Positions 57,230-63,413 of a stretch of DNA of 63,413 nt are shown in pieces; the first letter of the stretch is position 1; the number at the start of each line of letters is the position of its first letter. Origin of the DNA: Fidelibacterota bacterium (GTDB lineage: Bacteria; Fidelibacterota; UBA8477); the NCBI GenBank assembly GCA_021734045.1, contig JAIPJR010000002.1, positions 1 to 63,413 of the forward strand, given 5' to 3'. Made by a program: the position numbers and the translations under genes. Below the pieces are notes generated by a model that saw only the letters and a program-made list of their open reading frames with translations, did no database searches and had not been told where the DNA came from.

Positions 57230-60200
57230 TGTCCCAACATATAGGCAGCGTATTGGGCGCTATTCCACGCGGAGCCAATCATTGATCCGGACAGTTAAAT
57301 TCATTTTTCTCGCTTTCGTTTTCACCCGTGCGGTGAATGCCTACTGGCAGCAGGAAGTACAGTATCATATTGCTGTAACACTTAACGACACCACCCATAC
57401 CCTCACCGCAAATCAACAGCTCCTCTACATCAACCATTCGCCTGACACCCTCACCGGACTCTGGATGCATTTATGGCCTAATGGCTACCGGGACGACACC
57501 AGCGAACTGGCCCGGGAGCGGATGAAATCGAGGAAAACCCGTTTTCTCAAGACAGATGAGGAGGCGCGTGGCTGGCTGGATTTGGGAGAGGTGACAGCGG
57601 ATAGCCGGACAATTAATTGGCATACAAAAAGTGACTCAACGGATCTGGCCTGGTTTGAACTGAACGAGTCATTGTTGCCGGGTGACAGTGTCCAGTTGAA
57701 CATCCCCTTCCAGGTAAAAATTCCCAAACTCACCTCCCGGTTGGGTCATCTGGGGCAGCACTACGAAATCACCCAGTGGTACCCCAAACCAGCGGTGTAC
57801 GATGCCACGGGGTGGCATCCCATGCCCTACCGGAATTGGGGTGAATTTTACAGCGAATTTGGTAAGTACACGGTTGCCATTACCTTGCCGGAAAATTATG
57901 TGGTAGCGGCAACCGGCGTGCTGCAATCTCCGGATGAACAAGCCTGGCTGGATTCGCTGACCGGATTTGGGAACGCGTTGCTGGATTCCATCCGAAATTC
58001 CGGGGGAGAAGCCATCCCTGATACGCTCACGGCACTTAGGAAAAAAAGCGTTCCCGCCAGTAGTGGAGTTACCAAAACCATCATTTTCCACCAAGACAAT
58101 GTCCACGATTTTGCCTGGTTTGCCGACAAACAATTTTTGGTCACCCGTGACTCAACGCTTGTAATAGACGCTGACAAATCAGAAAGCAGACCGGTGGTAC
58201 TGTGGAATTTTGTGCTACCCAGAAATTTTTCCGCCTACCGCTATGGTTTGACCTACCTGAAAGCTGCTATTGATTCCTGCAGCAGTTGGTTTTGGCCTTA
58301 CCCTTACCAGCAATGCACTGTGGTGGATGGCGATATAAGCGCCGGTGGCGGGATGGAATACCCCATGATCACGGTTGTGAACGCATCCGGCTGGCAAGCC
58401 ATGCTGGATCTCGTCATTTTCCATGAGGTCACCCACAACTGGTTCTATGGATTGGCAGGCTTTAACGAAAGACGCTACCCCTGGATGGATGAGGGCTTCA
58501 CCAGTTACGCTGAAAGACGGTACACCCGGCACCCGATTTCCTCTACGCTGGAATCGACGGGTTTTAAAGATAGAATCCTGAATCTCATTGACCCGCATGA
58601 GATGTACGATATTCCGCTGTTCGAGGTCATTACCGGAAATCTGGATCAAATTCCGAACCTACCCAGCGAAGCCTTCGAGGGGAATAATTACCGGTTCATG
58701 GTGTACGACAAACCCGCTGTGGGACTCGCTATGTTGGAAGCACGGGTGGGACAGGCAAAAATGGACAGCGCCTGGAAAGATTTCTTTCGTGAGTGGCGTT
58801 GGAGGCATCCCCAGCCGGAAGATGTACGCCAGTCACTGGAAACAAGCCTGGGAATGGATTTGGGTTGGTATTTTGACGGCATTATCAACTCCCGGGCGAA
58901 AATGGACTACGGTATCAGCCGAGTCAACAGCTCACTCTCCTATTCGGGCTGGAAAACGACGTTTCGCCTGAAAAATCATGGCGAATTGATAGGGCCCGTC
59001 CCCGTCGTTATTCAGGGTGCTAATGACCAGAAGAAGCAGGTTTGGATCAACGGTGTGGCGGACGAGGAAATCATCTCCATTTCCACCGATTTCATGCCGC
59101 GCGCTGTGCAGATGGATCCGGATGGGATAACATTGGACATGAATCGTGTGAATGATGGGAGTGGGATTCAATTCAAGTTCCGGTTGACCCCCAACATCCT
59201 GACGCGTCCTGCCGGGTACACGATTCGTTATCTACCGGGTGTATGGTGGAACCCGGTGGACAAATTTCTCCCGGCGCTTTGGTTGAATCACCCCAAAAGC
59301 AACGATCCCTTCCTCCAGTGGCAATTCAACCTTCAGTATGGCACCATCACCAAACAATGGTATACCACGCTTGCGGCACAACGGCAGTTTTCACTGCCCT
59401 GGGTCACTAAAAGTGAGGTGAATTTTCGCTGGCGGGATAATTGGTACACGCCACTGCTTGGGCTGGGCAGCCGGTTGGTCTGGTCCGATGTGAGTGGTCG
59501 TCACCAGACGTCATTACGCACTGGTTATCTCCATCAGGCTATATTCATGCAAAATCCTTCACCAGAAGAGCGGGAAATGCTGGATAACCGCGTGTGGGAT
59601 CCCGGGATTTACAATAAGGGTGAAATCAGGTTTACCCGCTCCCGGTCTGAAATGGACTACAAATGGCGTACTGAGTTGGCGGCAAATATAGGTACATATG
59701 AAAAGCATACTTCCGCAGTTCAGACTGCACCGCAATCCAGCGGCACATTTACCCGGGTGGTTGCTGGCTTTCAATTGGAAAAGCGTTATAGTCATCGTGT
59801 CGCCATATCCTGGTCTCTGTTTGGCGGAAACACTACCGGAGCCCCACCGGAGCAGGAGTTGATTTATCTTAGTTCGAGCATCGATCCAGACATGGCACAG
59901 GCGCTTATCCTGTCCCGTAGTGCGGATAATTGGATCGCTCCCAATCAGGGTATATTTCTGGAACAAATCGTAAATATTCCCGGTTATGGCTTATCAGGTG
60001 CCACACCTTTCGCCGCTGAAAAAATCCTGGGTGGCAGCATAACTATGGATTTGGATTTGCCCCTTAAATTCATGTTGGCAGCCGGATATTGCCAACCCGC
60101 CACAGCTGTGGATTGGACACCGGTGGGCAGTTTCACACCCTATGTCCAACTGGGACCGTTAAAATACATGTTTCCCATGGCCTGGATTGAAAATGGTGAA

Positions 60201-60266
60201 ATAACCGGCGGCTTCCAGTTTCAGCTCAATTTTCAGTCAGAATTCACCCTAACCATGGGAAATTAG
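57186..60266 (+). CDS. M1-family (gluzincin) metallopeptidase with a long C-terminal extension
   Basis: GGMEYPM exopeptidase-like block, then HEVTH (from 58422) plus E 18 residues downstream (WMDEGF), giving HEXXH-X18-E. The ORF's ATG start overlaps suhB by 44 nt. A TTG at 57282, preceded by GGAG, would give the signal-peptide-like N-terminus IRTVKFIFLAFVFTRAVNA. Confidence 0.85.
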   Translation: MYRILRVWRWKGLVSVPTYRQRIGRYSTRSQSLIRTVKFIFLAFVFTRAVNAYWQQEVQYHIAVTLNDTTHTLTANQQLLYINHSPDTLTGLWMHLWPNGYRDDTSELARERMKSRKTRFLKTDEEARGWLDLGEVTADSRTINWHTKSDSTDLAWFELNESLLPGDSVQLNIPFQVKIPKLTSRLGHLGQHYEITQWYPKPAVYDATGWHPMPYRNWGEFYSEFGKYTVAITLPENYVVAATGVLQSPDEQAWLDSLTGFGNALLDSIRNSGGEAIPDTLTALRKKSVPASSGVTKTIIFHQDNVHDFAWFADKQFLVTRDSTLVIDADKSESRPVVLWNFVLPRNFSAYRYGLTYLKAAIDSCSSWFWPYPYQQCTVVDGDISAGGGMEYPMITVVNASGWQAMLDLVIFHEVTHNWFYGLAGFNERRYPWMDEGFTSYAERRYTRHPISSTLESTGFKDRILNLIDPHEMYDIPLFEVITGNLDQIPNLPSEAFEGNNYRFMVYDKPAVGLAMLEARVGQAKMDSAWKDFFREWRWRHPQPEDVRQSLETSLGMDLGWYFDGIINSRAKMDYGISRVNSSLSYSGWKTTFRLKNHGELIGPVPVVIQGANDQKKQVWINGVADEEIISISTDFMPRAVQMDPDGITLDMNRVNDGSGIQFKFRLTPNILTRPAGYTIRYLPGVWWNPVDKFLPALWLNHPKSNDPFLQWQFNLQYGTITKQWYTTLAAQRQFSLPWVTKSEVNFRWRDNWYTPLLGLGSRLVWSDVSGRHQTSLRTGYLHQAIFMQNPSPEEREMLDNRVWDPGIYNKGEIRFTRSRSEMDYKWRTELAANIGTYEKHTSAVQTAPQSSGTFTRVVAGFQLEKRYSHRVAISWSLFGGNTTGAPPEQELIYLSSSIDPDMAQALILSRSADNWIAPNQGIFLEQIVNIPGYGLSGATPFAAEKILGGSITMDLDLPLKFMLAAGYCQPATAVDWTPVGSFTPYVQLGPLKYMFPMAWIENGEITGGFQFQLNFQSEFTLTMGN

Positions 60267-60424
60267 CGCCCCGCTTCACCAGGTATAAGTTTTACCTCTT
60301 CAGCACAGGGGTTGGCGTAACCATCTCATTTGGGGGTGGAAATTATTCAAACGTAACCCAACACATAAGAACGACTCTATGTAATTGATGACCCAAATTG
60401 AATTGAAAGGAATGGAAGGATACT

Positions 60425-60817
60425 TTGAATATGAGTTACGATTTCAGTAAAACACTCAATCGCTCCATTGAAGAAGCCGTAGAGCACACCAAAACGGTGC
60501 TGGCCGAATCGGGTTTTGGGGTGGTCTCAGAAATTGACATGACCGCGACGTTAAAGAATAAAATTGGTGCTGATATCTATCCCTACCGGATTCTGGGCGC
60601 CTGTAGTCCCAGTCACGCACTCAAAGCCGTGACAGTCGAACCGCATATCGGACTGATGCTACCTTGTAATGTGATTGTGCGGGAATTTGAAGCCGGTAAA
60701 TGCGAAGTATCAGCCATTGATCCCATCGCGTCAATGCAGGCGGTGGAAAACAGTGAGCTAACCGCTGTTGCCCGGGATATTCAGGACCGTCTGAAAACGG
60801 TAATTGAAAATCTGTAA
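60425..60817 (+). CDS. DUF302 domain-containing protein
   Basis: 130 aa. YRILGACSP...EPHIGLMLPCNVIV is the characteristic DUF302 core. Confidence 0.85.
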   Translation: MNMSYDFSKTLNRSIEEAVEHTKTVLAESGFGVVSEIDMTATLKNKIGADIYPYRILGACSPSHALKAVTVEPHIGLMLPCNVIVREFEAGKCEVSAIDPIASMQAVENSELTAVARDIQDRLKTVIENL

Positions 60818-60881
60818 ATTTCCTACCCCACTTCCGGGATAGATTAACTTTAATATCTACCCTAAAACGACACGTGTTCTC

Positions 60882-61367
60882 TCACGAAACCGTTTTTGGC
60901 GCCGGACTCTGATTACCCATGTCCACGACGACCCGCCAGGTACCGTCCGGTTGTTTTTTCCAGATATTCAGATATTTACCATAATTCACCCGGTCAATAC
61001 CATCCGCGTCCTGAAATGAAAAAGTATAACGCCCCCACGTCCAGCCCAAGTCACCGCTAGCGGCTACGTCGCCATCTTGCGGGTCCCAGGCCAGGATATA
61101 GTCTTCCCCCGCGTTGAGCATCTCCTGGTAGATCGTTTCCCGTCCATAAACCGGCTCGGAGCGTGGAGAAAGTTCCATGGCATCCGGTGCCAGAAAATGT
61201 CGGAACGCTTCCGCTGCACCATGTTCCACCGACCAGGCAGCAAATGCCCGATCCGTTTCCAATAATTCCGCTTTCATTTGCGTTTGTGATTTCTCCACAC
61301 CACATCCTCCAACCGTAGAAATCAGGATAATGACCATGAGCTGTTTGATTGGTAACATTTTACACAT
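60882..61367 (-). CDS. DUF4440/SnoaL-like (NTF2-fold) lipoprotein
   Basis: 161 aa with lipobox STVGGCG. NTF2-like blocks ETDRAFAAWSVEHG and GKYLNIWKKQPDGTWRVVVDMGN. Confidence 0.75.
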   Translation of the reverse strand: MCKMLPIKQLMVIILISTVGGCGVEKSQTQMKAELLETDRAFAAWSVEHGAAEAFRHFLAPDAMELSPRSEPVYGRETIYQEMLNAGEDYILAWDPQDGDVAASGDLGWTWGRYTFSFQDADGIDRVNYGKYLNIWKKQPDGTWRVVVDMGNQSPAPKTVS

Positions 61368-62445
61368 CCTCGGTTTTTTCTGCAGGTGTTGCCCTTATAT
61401 TCAAACGATAAATCCACAATCCCGTTGAAAGGGAGAAGAGAATCCCGAAAAAGATGAGTGTACCAAAAAGTAATGCTGTGTTAATAACCCGGGCTGTCAC
61501 CCAGGCTTCGTAATCCCGGTAGAGCATGGAATCGGCCTCCACCGTCCAGTGTACCATATTCCTTTCCAACCCATGGGCATTGGTCTGAAGAATCAATCCG
61601 GGCATCATAACATTGAGTTTGAAATTATCCACCCCGAGCTTCTCCAGAAACGCCACCTTCCGTTTGAAGACGGCCAGATTCTCAGATAAATCAGTAAGGA
61701 GTAGTTCCGGGTTTGACCGGGGAAAGACATCCGCCACCACATTCAAAGTAGTCTCCACTACCTTCTCATCCAGCGCCATGCTGTCTCGCAGGCTCTGCTC
61801 CAGAGAATCGCTGGCAGCTGAAAGCTCCTGTAGGGTGATACCGGCCATAGGATTGTTCGCTACAGCCTTTTCAAGTCCCTGGTAAATTTCTGCAATAATG
61901 CTGGCTTCCTGCCAGGATTCCACCAAGCTGTCCAATACTGCGCTGGTGTCTCCGGCCATCACATCGGCAATCTGTGATTCGGTGAGATAATCCGACATAG
62001 GCCGGGCATTAAACAAATTAAGCGCCTTATAAATTTCGTGGTAGGTCAGGTAGGTATTAAACCACCTGAAATGGCGATCCAGACGAAATTCAATCTGTAG
62101 ATAGGCCAATGAATCATCGAATGGCTCCAGATCGGCATTCATTTCTGCCGCAGAGGTGTAGGTTTTCCGGGCAGTGTAAATCACCTTACCTGAATCATCC
62201 ACTGCCGGTTTCCATTCCGTCTGCCAACTTGTGTCGCGGGGAACTGGAAAGGTGCCGGTGAAGACCAGATTAGAGTCAGCTTTCACCTCTATGGTTCGGT
62301 GAATTTCGCCGTCCGAGGTAACCACGCTGGTGGCCGTGTAGTCCCGGCAGCTTGCCAGCAGTAATACCGCCACCATAAGTCCTAAGCTGAATATTCTGGA
62401 TTGCATAGCATACTCCCTCCGGGTCAACGCATCTGTTGACGCCAA
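61360..62445 (-). CDS. Hypothetical exported protein with N-terminal lipobox-like signal and C-terminal TM helix
   Basis: 361 aa. N-terminal hydrophobic segment plus Cys (LLLASC) and a C-terminal helix (ALLFGTLIFFGILFSL). It overlaps both neighbouring genes. Confidence 0.6.
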   Translation of the reverse strand: MASTDALTRREYAMQSRIFSLGLMVAVLLLASCRDYTATSVVTSDGEIHRTIEVKADSNLVFTGTFPVPRDTSWQTEWKPAVDDSGKVIYTARKTYTSAAEMNADLEPFDDSLAYLQIEFRLDRHFRWFNTYLTYHEIYKALNLFNARPMSDYLTESQIADVMAGDTSAVLDSLVESWQEASIIAEIYQGLEKAVANNPMAGITLQELSAASDSLEQSLRDSMALDEKVVETTLNVVADVFPRSNPELLLTDLSENLAVFKRKVAFLEKLGVDNFKLNVMMPGLILQTNAHGLERNMVHWTVEADSMLYRDYEAWVTARVINTALLFGTLIFFGILFSLSTGLWIYRLNIRATPAEKTEDV

Positions 62446-63047
62446 AGTTTTTCAAACACTTGTTGTGAATTTTTTCCGTACCGAAAGCGCCAGATTATCG
62501 GTATTCGGTTCGCATCCGTACGGATCAAATATTGTTTTAATGTCTGCTCCGTTGGCGGTCGGAGCGCATCCGGAAGAACCAGATCCTGTCGCCAGCGATT
62601 CAGATCATCAATAAAACTTTTTACCTGATATTTTTGCCCGCTTTGCACCTGCAGCCGTTGTGCCAGACCACTGAGCTGACGATGATTCACCGCTTCCTGA
62701 AACGCGAATAGAGCCAGGATGAGCACGATGAGAATGCCTGTGACATAGCGAATCACGGGCTCGGTGAGAAAATTCATCACCGGCTCCAATTGGAAGCCCG
62801 CGCCACGGACTCGCACCCGGGAGGTCATTTTTGCGGCACCCAAAATCTTGTCAACCGCGCTTTCGATCGTTGTGCTGTGGGTAATGCGACGCAACGCCAG
62901 AATGCCCGCTTCATATTGCAGCATGGCTTGTGAAACCTGGCGGCATTCGGGGCAAACCGTCAGATGACGCTCCAGTTCCCGCGCATCTGCCGTGTCAAGA
63001 ACCGACTGATTCTCCAACCAGTACTGATATTGTGCACAGTTCGTCAT
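62424..63047 (-). CDS. Anti-sigma factor (zf-HC2 type) with one TM helix
   Basis: 207 aa. The HLTVCPEC motif (H-x3-C-x2-C) lies near the N-terminus, with a central TM helix (IRYVTGILIVLILALFAF). It overlaps the sigma gene by 4 nt. Confidence 0.8.
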   Translation of the reverse strand: MTNCAQYQYWLENQSVLDTADARELERHLTVCPECRQVSQAMLQYEAGILALRRITHSTTIESAVDKILGAAKMTSRVRVRGAGFQLEPVMNFLTEPVIRYVTGILIVLILALFAFQEAVNHRQLSGLAQRLQVQSGQKYQVKSFIDDLNRWRQDLVLPDALRPPTEQTLKQYLIRTDANRIPIIWRFRYGKNSQQVFEKLWRQQMR

Positions 63048-63413
63048 GAACCAAAATCCGCTTCCAGTGATTTCCGCAATGCATGGCGGGCGTAATGCAG
63101 ATTTGTTTTCACCGCTTCCGGTGAAATATCCAAAATTTTAGCGACCTCAGCTACCGACAACTCCTGTAAATCCCTTAGCACAAAAACCAACTGCTGCTTC
63201 AAGGGTAAACGAGCTGCTTTGTACCGGATGGTCATGGCAATCTGCAAGGCTTCATCATGTGAGGATTCATCGGCAATAAAATCATCTTTTTCACTCCACG
63301 ATGTGAGCCGACCGCCCTGTTTTTGGCGTTTCCTAAGGAGATCAGTATCCAGGTTGGACACAATCCGGACCAACCAGGTGGTAAAAGATTTTTGGGCATC
63401 AAACCGCGCCAAA
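63044..63413 (-). CDS. ECF-type sigma-70 factor, partial (N-terminus lies beyond the window edge)
   Basis: Region 2 end (FTTWLVRIVSN) and region 4 HTH (LSVAEVAKILDISPEAVKTNLHYARHAL). The ORF is open at the window end. Confidence 0.85.
   Translation of the reverse strand, partial: LARFDAQKSFTTWLVRIVSNLDTDLLRKRQKQGGRLTSWSEKDDFIADESSHDEALQIAMTIRYKAARLPLKQQLVFVLRDLQELSVAEVAKILDISPEAVKTNLHYARHALRKSLEADFGS

Noticed and set aside
1-63413. Scan for CRISPR arrays, IS elements, integrases, phage genes, reverse transcriptases and toxin-antitoxin pairs, including next to the two tRNA genes
   Set aside because: I saw no spaced direct-repeat array and no ORF with transposase, integrase, RT, nuclease-defence or TA-like motifs. 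The tRNA-flanking genes are ordinary.

Overview
This 63.4-kb window reads as chromosomal backbone of an uncultivated Gram-negative bacterium. It is about 50% GC by eye. It has classical TTGAC-N17-TATATT promoters and AGGAGG-type ribosome-binding sites (RBS). Three proteins end in T9SS type-A C-terminal sorting domains (CTDs), which suggests an FCB-group-like lineage; that placement is inference only. Coding density is high, and most genes sit on the minus strand in tightly overlapping operons.

Recognisable content:
- Two tRNAs: Met/Ile2-CAU and Leu-CAA.
- Housekeeping genes: gpsA, an acyl-CoA ligase, comEC, polA, rimO, ftsY, tatC, a polyprenyl synthase, rpsT, aceE-aceF-lpd, an IMPase, a Na:alanine symporter and an M1 peptidase.
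- Two ECF sigma/anti-sigma modules.
- A GerW(YtfJ)/YtfI-like pair followed by Crp and MeaB.
- Two ABC ATPases with no permease gene nearby.
- A ROK regulator divergent from a hexapeptide-repeat sugar nucleotidyltransferase-like gene and a GH3(NagZ)/beta-lactamase-fold fusion.

I saw no transposase, integrase, CRISPR array, reverse transcriptase or recognisable defence gene.

The least ordinary stretch is 19.8-36.2 kb, a secreted-protein island. It holds a 2534-aa mosaic T9SS cargo protein, a T9SS-sorted peptidoglycan amidase with a PD40 beta-propeller partner, and a 1163-aa T9SS cargo protein with an unrecognised N-terminal domain.

I did not find a clear-cut new multi-gene system. The findings list ranks the best candidates and gives explicit tests for each. 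All domain calls are by-eye motif recognition, not database searches.
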